A stretch of 64,000 nucleotides of DNA from Hemiscyllium ocellatum (GCF_020745735.1 NC_083404.1:27900001-27964000); one strand, 5' to 3'. Positions 13,001 to 28,000 are shown, numbered from the stretch's first letter. Notes: generated by a model not told the origin, from the letters alone. Translations and numbers: made by a program.

Positions 13001-16000
13001 ATTCTGTTCGCCGAGCTGGGAATTTGTATTGCAGACATTTCGTCCCCTGTCTAGGTGACATCCTCAGTGCTTGGGAGCCTCCTGTGAAGCGCTTCTGTGA
13101 TCTTTCCTCCGGCATTTTGAATTTTGTGGTCCTTTTGAATTCCTAGACGGAAAGTAGCTCCAGGATTCTGGCCCAATGATAGTGAAGAAACAACAGATGA
13201 TGTGTGGCTTGGAGAACTGACAGGCAGTGGTGTTTCCATGCATCTGCTTTCCTTGTTCTTCTACACAGTAGTCATAGGTTTAGAAGATTTTAAGAGGGAA
13301 CTTGGTGCAATATTTATAGATGGTACACCCTGCTGCCACTGTGCATCAGCATGGTATAGAAAACACCGAACAGAGATTTCAGCACAAAGGTATACAGGAA
13401 AGCTACACACACAGACCAAGTCCTGAACTATGAAAGCAACTACCCCAACACACACAAAAGAAGTTGCATCAAGACACTATTCAAAAGGGCCACAACACAC
13501 TGCAGCACACCAGAACTGCAAAAAGAGGAAGAAGAACACCTATACAATGTATTCACCAAAAACGGATACCCACACAATTTCATCAACAGATGCCTAAGGG
13601 AAAGACAACGGAACGAGGACATGCTGCAACTCAAAGGACTAGCCACACGACCATACATCAGGAACATTTCCGAACTGGCAGACGGACTATTGCGACCGCT
13701 AGGACTCATAACAGCACACATACCAACAGCCACTCTCAGACAACAACTGACCAGGACAAAGGACCCGATACCCAGCATGAGCAAAACCAACGTAGTGTAC
13801 AAAATCTCATGCAAGGACTGCACAAAACACTACATAGGACAAACAGGAAGACAGCTAACAATCTGCATCCATGAACGCCAACTAGCCACGAAACGACACA
13901 ACCAGCTATCCTTAGTAGCCACACACGCAGATGACAAGCAACATGAATTTGACTGGGACAACACGACTATTATAGGACAAGCCAAACACAGAACAGCCAG
14001 GGAATTCCTCGAGGCATGGCACTCATCCACAGATTCAATCAAAAAGCATATCGACCTGGACCCAATATACCGACCACTGCAGCGGACAGCTAGAACTGAC
14101 AACTGGAAGCGGCAGATTCAAACCACTACAAATGCCAGAGGAAAGATCACAGAAGTGCTTCACAGGAGACTCCCAAGCACTGAGGATGTCACCTAGACAG
14201 GGGACGAAACGTCTACAACACAAATTCCCAGCTCGGCGAACAAAATCACAACAACGAGCACCCGAGCTACAAATCTTCTCCCGAACTTTGAATGCTACTA
14301 TTATATCATGCTATTACTAAAAAATGAATTAAGGAAGAATATGAATGGTAGATCCAAAGGCCTGCCTATTCAATTTCATATTAGTTGGTGAGGGGTGTTA
14401 AAAATGTTAAGTGAATAGCAATTTCAAGTAAACAAATCACAACTTTGAGGTGGGATGATTATAGTATAAAGTTAATCAATTCAACACTAAGGATTTGATT
14501 AGGATATGGATTAAGCTAAGGAACAAAAAAAGGGATTTTCAAGCCTCTGCAATTTCTCCTCCAAGACTCTTACCACCCAGACTTGGAAATATGCTGCATC
14601 TCCTTCAATTTACTGAAATAGTTTTAGCATAACCAGAGCAGAATTCATGAGATGCATTCAAGAAAACCTATTTGGCCAGAAAGTAGCATTTGCAACAAAT
14701 CAGAGCGCAACTCTAGGCTTAGTCTTAGGAAATTAAGCTGGACAAGTAGAAGGAAAGGCATTTTGGTTGTAGTGATCATAACATAATTTTAACATATTTA
14801 TAGAAAAAATGTACTGAGTGGACTAAACTGGGGCATGGCCAACTAATCTAAACTAAAGACTGATTTAGCAAAATTGGACCATGAACACTGACTTTAACAC
14901 AAATCACTGACAGAGCAGTGGGAGGCATTCAGTGGGCAGCTTCAGAGTAAACAGGTTTCCACAAAAAAAATGGTGTAACAAGAAAATCTAGAGCCCCTTG
15001 GATGTCAAGGAGCTTCCAAGGTCAAGTTCAACATCAAGAAATAAACACTAGAAAAGGAGTATCAACAGTGGAGATCGAAATTAAAGAGGAAATTAGGAAA
15101 GCAAAGAGAAAGCAAAAACATTAACCAACAAAATCAAGGTGAACCTAAAAAGTCTTATCACTACATTAATAATGAGAATAACTAAAGACAGCAATGCCAA
15201 TTACAGACTACAAACGTAACCAATGTGTAGAGACAAAAGATATTGATATAGCTCTTAATGAAAACTTTGCGTGATTTTACAAGGATGGATGTGTAGATAT
15301 CGCAGTTAAAGAGGAGCGAGAAGTAATGGATGAGATACATATAAGGAGGGATGAAATATTACTGATAAGCATCCTTAATAATGGATAAATCACAAAGCAG
15401 AACCAAACAGACCAAAAGCTGTTAAAAGAAGCTGAGGGTATATGCTGGAAGATCTGACCACTAGTTCCCAAACCTCACTAAAAATAGGTGTAAGTACTGG
15501 CAACTGAAGGTGTGCCAACGTTGCCCCTTTGTTTAAAAATGGGACTGAGAAATAGATTAAATTGTTACAGGCCAGTTAAACTAACTTCACCATGGCAAAT
15601 TATTGGAAGAAATTCTGAAAGACAGGATAACTGTCAAAAACTAGAGATGAAACAAAAAGTAGTCAGCATGGATTTGTTAGGGAAGGATCCGGTCTGATTA
15701 ACTTGCTTAAATATTTTTGAGGATGCAACAAGGAGGAATGATGAGGGTAATGTAGTTGATGTGGTTTGCATGGGTATTAGCAAGGCATCTGAAAAAAGTT
15801 CTATACAGACTGGTTTTTAAATAGAGGATCCAGGATTCTATAGAAAGCGGGATACAAAGTTTGTTCATTTCAGAAAACAGAGTAATGTTTGAGGAGTGTT
15901 TTTGAGACTTGTTGCCAGTTGGATTCTACAGAGTTCTGCACTGTCACCTGCATTTTGTAGTATATGTTAATGATTTGTAAGTATAAGCAGGATGCATAAT

Positions 16001-19000
16001 TAAGAAGCTTGCAGGTGATAGAAAAATTAGCTGCATGCTTGTTATTGAGGAGGGAGACTACAAACTACAGAAAAATATCAATGGACAGATCAGATGGGCA
16101 TGCTCTTTCAGTGGAAATCAACCCAGAAAAGTGAGGGGGAAATCCATTTGGGGTTGTCAAGAAAGATAAAAAAAAATGCACAACTAATGACAGAATGTGG
16201 AGTGGTGCAGGGGAAACAAAGTGAATGACTGCAGATGCCCGAAAAATAGCAGGACAGGGTCAATGAGGTGGTAAGAAAGGTACAGGGAATTAGTCAAAGT
16301 GTAGATTGTAAGAGCAGGGAGATTATGTTAGAACTGTATAAATCATTAGACAGATTACAATTTGAGTCATGTGTGGAGTTCTAGCCACCTCAATACAGAA
16401 AGAATTACAGAAAGCATTATAGATTAATGAAGATGTTGCCAGGGAACAGGAAAGTGAAACTCTGGTGAAAAGATTAGATCTCTGGATTGTTTTGCTTGGA
16501 ACAGAAATAGGCAGAGAAGGGATTTAATTAAAATCACAATATTACAAAGGACCTAGATAAGGTTAATGAGAAGGTTCTACTTCCTTAGCAAGTGGCCAGT
16601 GAGCTTAGGTTTAAAAAGTGATTGATAGAAAGATTAGAGAAGAAATGAAGAAAAAAAGTTTTCATCCAGAAAGTTGGAGGGCTATTCATATAGAAACCTT
16701 TAAATCATTTGCACCTGCAGGCTCCGGACAAGGCTGGAAGCTGGGATTAGACTCAAGGGCTTGTTTTTCATTTGATGCAAACATGATGGATCAAGTGCCC
16801 TTTTCTGTGTTGCAATTTTTCTATTATTTTATGAAAATCATTCTGCTATTCCTTCTAGAGCTAACTTTGACAGGTTAGACAATTGTCAGTCAGAATAATA
16901 CACAACAGACAAAGGTGTAAAATGTTTCAAAACTTCCTTAAAATCAGTGCTTAAGGCTCCCCACATTTCATCAAAAGTTGCAGTTTAGAAGCACAATGCA
17001 AAGTTATTTTTATTGTTTGTTCAGGCAACACTGGCGAGGCCAGTATTTCTTGTCCATCCTTAATTGCAGTGAGCTTCTTGAACCAATGTGGTCTTTGGAG
17101 AGTAGGTAATACCACAGTGCTATTAGGAAAGTAGCTCCAGGATTCTGGCCCAATGATAGTGAAGAAACAACAGATGATGTGTGGCTTGGAGAACTGACAG
17201 GCAGTGGTGTTTCCATGCATCTGCTTGCCTTGTTCTGCTACACAGTAGTCATAGGTTTAGAAGATTTTAAGAGGGAACTTGGTGCAATATTTATAGATGG
17301 TACACCCTGCTGCCACTGTGCATCAGCAGTGAAGGAAGTGAATGTTGAAGGTGAGGTTGAGATGCCCATCAAGGAGGCAGGTTTCCCCTTGGTGGTGTCA
17401 TGCTCTTTAAGTGGTGTTGCAGCTGCACTCATCCAAGCAAGTGGACAGTTTTCCATCACACTGCTGACTCGTGCCTTGTAGATGTTGTTAAGGCATTGGG
17501 AAAACAAAAGGTGTGATACTTACATCAGAAATCCTGGTTTTTGAAGCCACAATATCTATTTAGCTGGTTGAGTTCAGTTTCTGGATCAGTGTCATATTCA
17601 AAATGAAATAAGCATCATCGTAAGAGGTATTAAAAACTGCAAATCCAAGACAGAATTGGCAGACAGAAAGAATAATTTCACCAAAGAAAGTGAATGGTGG
17701 CATTTTATGCAATGAAAAATATCTCCACCAACATTTCATTAACACAAGTAATTAATTTCTTCTACAACAGTGGGATTATTATTAAAAAAGGTTACCTTCT
17801 GTAGAAAATAACTTTGAAAATTCATGAAATTATTGGTCTTAACAATGTTTGAACAACTCTTGCAGCAGAACATTCGTGTAAAGAGTGATTTCATGGCTGG
17901 AGGACCTGTCCAAGTATTCACCATTGCATTTGCAATCTGAAGGAAAAATTCCAGACAACATACAAAAATTTAAAGTATTGCCTAATGAGAGTGCCCACAT
18001 TTCAATTTCTAAATGAACAATGATTTACACTGCTGGACCCTAGGCTGATTGATCGCAGACTATTTGTTTGAGGCTGAATTCTCGGTCTTAGACAGCCAGT
18101 CTTTGACATGCAAGTTGAGAAACCTGTGGATTAATCTAACCATTCTAGCTCTGCAAGATACTAAATTTCAAAATCAGACATTAACCACACACTAAGCTCT
18201 GTTGAGCACCTATGCCTTCAAATAGTAAAGTTACAGATATACTGCTTGATGCCTGATTGAGACGATTTCCCAAATATCATAAAGGGGTTGGATAGTGAAT
18301 TACAGCGGGATCTACTTTTCGTCAGGTAGAAATTCTCACAAGGTGGGTAATTTCATCTTAAGTGTCAGTAAAGTACTGACAAAATGTCAGACTAATAGAA
18401 ACCTCTCTCCATAAAGCACCAAAATTCAATAAATCTTCCAGTGTGTACTACAGGTACATTATCAAACAAGATTAGAAACCAAATCATGTAAGAAGATATT
18501 GGACAAAAACAAAAAGCTTGTTCAGAGTATGATTTTAAGGAGCATTTTGGAGGAAGGAAGAGGAAGAGAAGTGTAGAGGTGTAAGGAGAAAACTGCACAA
18601 CTTAGGATCTTGGCAGCAGATAGCAGATTATGCAACTGCGAAGCATGAAGCAATTAAAATCAGACTGTACAGGAGGACAGGTATACATACTTTAGAGGGT
18701 TCTAGGGCTGGAGGAGATTACAAAGACTGAGAGGGACAAGGGCATGGAGAGATAAGATGATAATGGGATGAAGGACTTATGCCTGAAACGTGAATTCTAC
18801 TGCTCTTCAGATGCTGCCTGACCTGCTGTGCTTTTCCAGTGCCATCGTTTTCGACTGATTAATAAGGAGTCGATGCAGGTTAGTAAGCATATGGTTATGG
18901 ACAAGCAGGACTTGCTGTGAGTTAGGAAACAGGAAGCAATGCTTTGGCTGAAGGGGGCAGAACTTTGGAGACCGTGCATTGGATTACTTGAAGCCTCAAG

Positions 19001-22000
19001 TTACGATAACCTTTGATATAGAATGAGATAACTGACATAACAAATAGTCTAAGCTAGGCACGTGGCCATAAACTCAAATCAGGTTAGTAATGACATTAAG
19101 GTTGCAAAAACCTGATTCAACCTTTATTGCCAGAGAGAGGAATGGAGTCAGTGGGAGGGATGAAGCTCGTGGCAATTATCAAAGGCAATAACTTCAAGTC
19201 CTTCCAGTGAGTAGGTGCAGGAAAGCTTTGTTCATGCAGAAATGGATTTTGAACTAACAGCAGCAATAGGGTAGTCATAATTAGTGGTCACGTAGAGTTA
19301 AGCACTGTCAGTTTATTTCTGGAAACTGCTTTTAGATGATGTCACTGAGGGGGAACAGGAAAGCTAAGTTCTCCAGATGAAACAGAACAGGAATTGGAAG
19401 AGAGACCACTGCAGTGTTAAAAGGTCAAAAAAGACCTGACTGTGAAACAACCAAACAAATCAATGCAGAATAAATTCATTTCAACATGTAGCCAAAAGTG
19501 ACATTTTAGAACAGGTAGTGGTCAGGTGGCTGATTGTTATAAAGAAATCATCAAAAAGGTGCATATAACATCACTCTCCTGAGAAATATTCACTTTCTGA
19601 TGTCGACAGATAACACAAATATTCGATTTGCTTTAAAAATTTGCAAAGAAATCAGCTTGATAAGCAAATCCGAAAACAAATAGGTAATGAGACTTCAACA
19701 TTAACATAGAATCAAACAATACTGTTTTCAGAAATATCACAGGAAGAATCATAGCATTAAGTAGTCGCAGGTAGATAGGATAGTGGAAGAGGAGTTTGGT
19801 ATGCTTTCCTTTGTTGGTCAGAGTAATGAGTACAGGGGTTGGGGGGGGTGGGGGGGGGTCATGTTTCGGCTGTACAGGACATCGGTCAGGCCACTGTTGG
19901 AATACTGCATGCAGTTCTGGTCTCCTTCCTATTGGAAAGATGTTGTGAAACTTGAAAGGATTCAGAAAAGATTTACAAAGGCATTGCCAGGGTTGGAGGA
20001 TTTGAGCTAAAGGGAGAGGCTGAACAGGCTGGTGTGTTTTCCCTGGAGTGTTGGAGGCTGAGAGGTGACCTTACAGAGGTTTACAAAATTAGGAGGGGCA
20101 TGGATAGGATAAATAGGCAAAGTCTTTTCCCTGGGGTCGGGGAGTCCAGAACTAGAGGGCTTAGGTTTAGGGTGAGAGAGGAAAGATACAAAAGAGACCT
20201 AAGGGGTAACTTTTTCACAGAGGGTGGTACTTGTATGGAATGAGCAGCCAGAGGAAGTGGTGGAGGCTGGTACAATAGCAACATTTAAAAAGGCATTTGG
20301 ATAAGTATATGAATCGGAAAGGTTTGGAGCAATATGAGCCGGGTGCTGGCAGGTGGGACTAGATTGGGTTGGGACATCTGGTTGGCATGGACGGTTGGAC
20401 CGAAGGGTCTGTTTCCATGCTGTACATCTCTGACTCTAAGCACATGCTCCATCTTTCACTGAACCACAGAATTCTTCACACAAAGGAAAGAGGAGCTTGC
20501 ATGTAGATAATGCTTTTCACAGCCCGAGGACGTTTAAAGGTTTCAGAGACAAAGTAATTCTTTTGAAATATAGTCAGTTTCTTAGGAACCCCCAACACAC
20601 AAGCCTCTTTCCCAGCCTTTCAACAAGTCATACTGCTTAATCAGTTACAGAATTTCTTTGTAGCTCACCTTTGCCAGGCGGAAGCAAGCATGCATTCTGA
20701 CTTTGTAAAAGCACTGCTCTTGCTCCAGGATATCTGTTAGTGCTAGCCGGGATGCTGGAGTAGGAAACTTTTCTAAAGCATGAATTGATTCCTCCTGTGC
20801 AACCACATCCCTCTCAAAGCGGAGCTGGTACTGCCACATGAAATCAGCCTGCTCAAATTCCACTTTTCTCAAAACTGACATGTCTGGATCTATTCTTATC
20901 CACAGTAATGGGGAATCAGCACTACAAAAAGCAAATTGAATAGATTCCTTTAATATAATTTGTCAGGTATAAGTACGATTTTTCTGAATAACAGAAGATG
21001 CCTAAAGTTAGTAATTTCACTGGATAAAAATTACTTTAGAGAAGTGAAAATGACCTACTCCATAGCAGAAAGATCCATATCCACTTCTTCTCCATTCAAT
21101 AACGGAATCTTCTTTTTCTTATTCCTAAATGGAAGAATAATGACTTTCAATTAAAATTACCAACAGATCAACATGAATAAGCCATCTTATTTTTTTGGTT
21201 TTAAAAATCTACCTTTGAAACAACTCCCAGACATCAAAATCCCATTATTTTTAATTGCCAAAATCTATCAATCTTATTTTCACATTCAATCAGTTGCAGT
21301 TGCAGATATATGGATTTCTCAATGGTAATTAACTTATATAAAATAACTGAAATTTGCAATATCTTATATACACACCATGTAAAATAATTCAAATAACATT
21401 TTAGATTGTTTGCACTATTACACAATAAGAACAAATAGTACTAGGACACTGTTCTACTGGGAGTTTGGCTACGCACAAGATTTATTTTGGATTAGGATTA
21501 GGATTCAAACGGTAACTGCCCCTAAATGATCTGGATTCTTGATCAATTCAAGCTTTCGAATGGATAAATCACTAAATAAGATCAGTTGGGTCACGATGGG
21601 TAAATGGACTGAGGAACAGATCAGCAGATGAGAAAGACTGAATTGCTCTCATTGCACAACACTTACAGAAAATACAAATACCTACGTGCTCGCTTGCCAG
21701 CAAAATATAAAATCTTGAAACTAAACACCATTTCTAAATGAATTAATTAACTTTTATTTGGATCAACATTTTATCAAAATAAAACTTGGACACTGAACTC
21801 ACCAAGGTGGTAACTTGAACAAAATCTTGAAAATTTTTAATCTTAGTTTCATAAACTTCAAAAACAATTGCTATGCATTTTTAAAATGACCAATAAAATG
21901 TAAGATTACCAATTTTGTTTGTCAAAAGGAAGCAAAAGAATATACTTGAATCCAATGAGGCTGTAGAGTAATGGAATGGTAAAAAGATACATAAAGGAAT

Positions 22001-25000
22001 ATAATCTTCAGATCCCTGCGACTATTAAACATTCTGAGGTCAATAGTTACACAATTTCACATCTCTATTGTATTTGTAACAGCCTTATGACAATGGAGTA
22101 TTAGAATAAAAATATTTTACAAATAGTTCTAAAATTTGTAAGCAGACTTGTAAACATTTACAGTGAAATTAGTATCTGTACTGCGACAGTATTTCTTTAA
22201 GTCTATGTTAGATGCCATTGCATTTTCCCACATTATTCTTCTCAGGCCATACACATCTCATTTCTTTCATCACTCTCATACTATCTCAATTTCATCCCTA
22301 CCAGGCAGTTGCATCTTCCATTCAGTACCTCCCAGACTCCCAAAATTGCTGCCATACCAACCTCAGTCTCATCCTCATTTGTCCATGATCCACTTCTTCT
22401 TCATTCACATACAAATCAATTTTCCAACCCACAAGCCCTTTCATCCTCCCTTACTCCTTTATCACCTGCTTACCTCGACAACTAATCATCAGTACATAAT
22501 TTTCCAGACATTCTATGCTGACTGGAGAAAATCTGGAAATGAATGAGCCTGATTCAACATTTTCTTTAAAAATTATTAGTTTTTGGATTAAGTCAGAAAT
22601 AACACCACTAACTGATTTTATGATACTCTAAGGCAGTAAAAATCTGCCTTACTCTTTCTAATTATGGATATTCTTACAGTCATGAAAGACCTTTCATAAT
22701 GCGCTTTCCATTCAAACATGCAACCTCTAACAAAGGGACCAAATCCTACTGAACTCTTTGCTCCAAATGAAAACAAAAAACAATTTAACCTCTATTTTAG
22801 CTCAGACATTTTATTTCCCAAGGTACAAATACCTACCGTCTGCTCTTGGAATGGCAGGGAATATCATGCTTGAGGCTGTTTTCTTCAATTTGTAGTGTGT
22901 GGTTAAATGATCCATCTAATTCCTGGACTGTCACTTTCAGTGGTCCCTGCAAAAAGAAGAAAAACTTTGGCAGGACAAATTATATTTTATTTAAGAATGA
23001 ACAATTAAAATACTTCTAGAAGATAGCTGAATTAATAACACTTTAAAAATGTGAAAAAGTGGCCTAATTAGGTTAAAGGAAGGAATTGTTTGAATATTTA
23101 CCTCGTTTGTGAAAATGATCCAATAATACAGTTTTGCAAGAGACCTCGCCAGACGTGCAATGATTGGTTTACTTACAATTCATCCATCAAATTTCACACA
23201 TATACTAGATCCAGAAGTCTATAACTCTAATAGTTTTAACTGAAAAAGTGCATTATGAATACTCTGCAACCTAAGGTGGTCTCCACATAAATTGAAAGAT
23301 CAGGACTGCATTCATAAAACTGAGTTTCAATGATCCTTACCACATATTTCTGAGTTCCCAAAGAAGTACAATCTTGCTTCAGTTCCAACTCCAAGATGTT
23401 TCGTTTTCTGTTAAATGCGAAGCTGCCAAAAAACTTCACAACACCACTCTGGTCACTAGTGCATATAATTAAGGATTTTTTCATGAATGAAACAATTTCA
23501 AGTAAATTTGACAATTTAGTAAAAGAAAATCCACACAAGTTTGTGCAATACCTACATCTGAACTGATGACATGAGTTTAACAACTCAAAAATATTCCATA
23601 ACATGTGGGGAGAGCTGTGGGTCTGTAGTTTGTAGAAATATCTGGAACAAATGAGATGATTTGCACGCTAAAACAGCAACATTAAAGGACAATCATGATG
23701 ACCAGAACAAAATTTGATTTTCAAGTTTTGAGAAGATTTGCAGCTCAGGTTGACCTTCTGGATGTAGGTTTTCTCACTGAGCTAGAAGGTTAGTTTGCAG
23801 ACATTTTGTCACCATACCAGGTAATATCATCATCAGTGAGACTCCGGATGAAGTGCTGGTGGCATAGCCCACTTTCTATTCATGTGTTTAGGTTTCCTTG
23901 GGATGGTGGTGTCATTTCCTGTGGTGACATCATTTCCTGTTCTTTTTCTCAGGGAGTGGACAATGGGATCTAAGTCAATGTGTTTGTTAGTCTACAGGAA
24001 AACAACATATACTGACCAAGTACTGAACTACAGAAGCAATCATCTCTACACCCACAAATGAAGCTGCACAACGAGCCACCACACACTGCAGCACAGAGGA
24101 ACTACACAGAGCAGGGGTAAATCATCTATACAGTGTATTCAAAAAGAATGGGTACTCAATGAACACAGTCTGCAGATTTCTCAGCAATAAATCCCAATAA
24201 GCAGACAAAACCCCTAGCCACTCCCCTATAAAGGCATCTCGGAAATGACTGCTAGACTATTCAAATCTCTTGGCATCATGATAGCCCACAAACCCACCAA
24301 CACACTAAACAGCAGCTAATGAACTTGAAAGACCCTATACAGACAACAAACAAAACTAATGTCATTTACAAAATATCTTACAAGAACTGAAACAAACACT
24401 ACATAGGACAAACAGGCAGAAAACTAGCCACCAAAATATACGAACATCAACTAGCCACAAAAAGACATGACCCACTCTCACTAGTGTCCTTACATACAGC
24501 ATTTCAACTGGACAACACATCCATCCTAGGACAAAACAAACAGGCACGCAAGTGAATTCCTAGAAGCATGGCATTCCAATCTGAACTCTATAAACAAGCA
24601 CATTGACTTGGATCCCATTTACCACCCCCAAGAGAAAGAACAGGAAATGATGTTGCCACAGCAAATGACATCACTAACCCAAGGAAGCCTAAACACATAA
24701 AAACCGGGCCATGCTACCAGTGCTTCACCCAGAGGCTCACTGATTATGTGACCTAGTATGGTGTCAAAAAGTCTGCAAACGAACCTTCTAGCTCAGCGAG
24801 CAAACCTACATCCAAACTTTGATAATAATTTCAAATTTTGGAGAAGTAACAAAATCTCAAAAGGATACACCCACTGTTTTATTAAAGGTTGAATATCCTT
24901 TCCAGAAACATTCGAAATTGATTTTAAAAATCCAGTTGTTGAAAGTAGCATCTGGCTCCACATGTGCGATTGAAACTTCTGTGATGAGGCAGTACTGGCT

Positions 25001-28000
25001 AAACTCAAAAGTTTGTTGAAGACCTAAAGCAGTGAACAAATGTTGTTGGACAGCCTTATATTACGTGGCAAATACATTTATAAACTTAGAAACTTCAAAT
25101 TTTAGTTCTTGAAAGTCTACCATTACCTCAATACGTTTCTACTATTACCATAAAAAGAAGCTGACTCCGAATTAAAGTAGTATCAGCAGATAACTGCTTA
25201 ACATGCTCTTCTAATATTCCACTAAAAAGTGGAGATTTAGGTGTTAACTTTTAGTGATATACAGGTGGCAGTGTTGGACTGGGGAGGACAAAGTCAAAAA
25301 TCACACTAGATTATAACCAACAGGTTTATCTGAAACCTCAGGCTTTCAGAGCCCCACGCCTTCTTCAGGTAGCTCATGAGATAGAATACATCAGACAAGA
25401 ATCAAAAGGTCATTCAACTGATGTGAATGTATTGAACCAACCTAGATGGCTGTTAAGTCTTTAATCAGTTAGAATGGAGATGGAGGTGCTTTCTTTTAGA
25501 GGAGAGCTCAAAACAAGGGCCTATCTGCTATCGGTGGATGACAAAAGACACACCCAAGGAGTTAACCCTAACAATTGATTCAACGTCAATCCATCAAATC
25601 AACATCACAAAAACACATGATTTCATCATTACCACACTGCTAATTATGAGATATGCTGTGTAAAGATTTGTTGCCATGTTGCTGACATTTCAAATAGCTA
25701 CATTTCAAAAATATTTCAAACCAAAGCCCTTTCAGAAGTCCTGGGGTTGTGAAACGTCCTAAAAATTGAAATTTTCCTTTTGCATTTGTAAACATCAAAA
25801 TATAATTTAAAGATTGTGATTACTTGGGAGGTAAAAGTCAGTACAATCCAAGAATTCATGTTTGCTATCTTTGGTCTGCTAAATGAAGAAACATTTTGCA
25901 AGCATATTTGCTTGCAGGGGATTGGAGGAAAAGATTGCTGCTATTCTGCATGGCTTCACCCCATGCCAGTTAACAATTACAGTTCAGTTGGGGAAGTGGA
26001 TCTGAGAACGAACAAATCAGAATCTCTTAATACTGGGGACTAGAATCTATGGAGGAACTGAGGAACTTAATTTTCCATTCACACAATTACAAGCCTTGGA
26101 AGAGCTACAGTGCAGGTATATTTATCAGAACAGGTACTAAAACCTTGCCTTGCATCCCCTTGAATTTATGAGATTTGAGGGCTTCATCTAAAAGGTATTT
26201 AAAATGACTAAAGAATTAATTAGGGTAGATACATGAAACATTTGCTTTTGGTGGGAACCCAGAACAAATTTATTATAACCTTACAGTTTGGTAATTCGGA
26301 ATTTAATGCGGAACTACTTTCCCCAAATAAAGAATATCCAGAACATTCTCCATCAAAATGTTGAAATTGCTGGGTCAAGTCAATTTTGCAAGAGGGACTT
26401 TTTTTAAGCAAAAGCTGTAAAAGGACATAAGTCAATTATGGGTAAAGAGGATTTGAGTATAGAATAGCCATGATGACTGAACACATGTTTGGCTAACTCA
26501 GTTATTTTCTTTCGAGCTAACAAGGACAGTCAAAAAGGGCAGCACAGTGGACATGGTCTGCATCGATTTTAGCAAGACTTTTAACAAGACCCTCTTGGCT
26601 GTTTAAGAAGAAGACTCATGTAATCCAAAGAAAAAATGGCAAGTTGCATGCAAAATTAGTGCATTAGCAGGAAGCAAATGGCCATTGTTTACAGCTGAAT
26701 TTCTGGCCATTTCCAGTCAGAGCTTTGTATGAGGTCCTTTGTTTTTTGTGATTTATATCGAAGATTTTAAACTACAGTTTTGGAGTATTATGACATTTGT
26801 AGATAACACAAAAATTGGCTATTTCATTGACAGCAAAGAGGAGTGTGATAGACTGCAGATGGACTGAACTGATTAGGTGAGCAGAAAAACAGCAAATGGA
26901 ATTCAATCCAGAGAAATGTGGAATTAAGTATTTGGGAGGGAGAGAAAGACAAAGAATACATAATAAACGGTGGGATACTGAGAAGAGTGGACAAATAGAA
27001 GCACCCTAGAACGAATATCAATAATGTAGGAGAAATTTATTGCAGATGCTGGAATCTGTACTAAAAACAACAAATGCTGGAGATCACAGTGGGTCAGTGT
27101 AAATCCTTCCCCCTCCACACTTCAGCTCTGAAGAGTCATCTCGACTCGAAACGTTAGCTTGCTCTCTTTCCATGGATGCCATCTGACCCACTGTGATCTC
27201 AAGCATTTGTTGTTTTCAACAATGAATATTCATATACGGTTTAAGATTAAGTAGAAAAAGTGATTAAGTGAAAACTTTCCTTCATTTGCAATATGAAAAT
27301 ATATAACAGCAGTGAGGCTTCACTATAAAATGGAGAATTTTAATTATGAAGATAAATTGGACTGGTTGTGGCAGTTTTCTTTCAAACAGAGGAGACGGAG
27401 GAAAGATTTATTTAGGTGATAAATTATGAAGGGCATAAAGTGGATAAGAACAACCACCTAAGTCCCTAAGATGCCATAACCAGGGACCCACAAATTTCCA
27501 CTCATTGGTCAAAGAATTAAGCACAGTTGAGAAACATTTTTATCCAGTTGCTGATAGGGTTCTAGAATTCACCATCTGACAGGATGATACAGTAGAAAAT
27601 CTTTTCATATTGAGAAATGAACTTGGAAAAGTATTTGAAGCACCATAACCAATTATGGGCCAGGAGCTGGAAAACACTGTCAGAGAAAACAATTTTCACT
27701 ACCACAAACAAAACAAGGTGATTCACATCCTGCCATGGGCCAAATTTCCATGTTCCCAATTAAACAACTAAGTATAAAAACTGAAGTCAAAACTCAGGGT
27801 GAACTAGTTCAAATGTGAGGAAACAACTTTCAAGGGATACATTTACTGCAAACCTGAAGCATGAACTCCATGCTGATCCTGTTTTCAATGAGTCGCATTA
27901 CCAGATGGGCTTTACATTGAAACATCTTGTAATACTTCCAGGACAATGTGTGAGGATGACGAATGGAAAAGTGCAAATGTGGAGCAGGTCTGTAAGGATT

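Larger units (their letters stand above)
12997..14290 (+). mobile_element. Poseidon-type PLE, 5'-truncated, inverted pLTR, 14-bp TSD
   Basis: [15 protein letters not shown]; [27 protein letters not shown]; 13000-13117 is the reverse complement of 14130-14247; TSD AATGCTACTATTAT at 12983-12996 and 14291-14304. Confidence 0.95.

Noticed and set aside
13621-14196. Standalone GIY-YIG homing endonuclease gene
   Set aside because: It is the endonuclease domain of a truncated Poseidon PLE.
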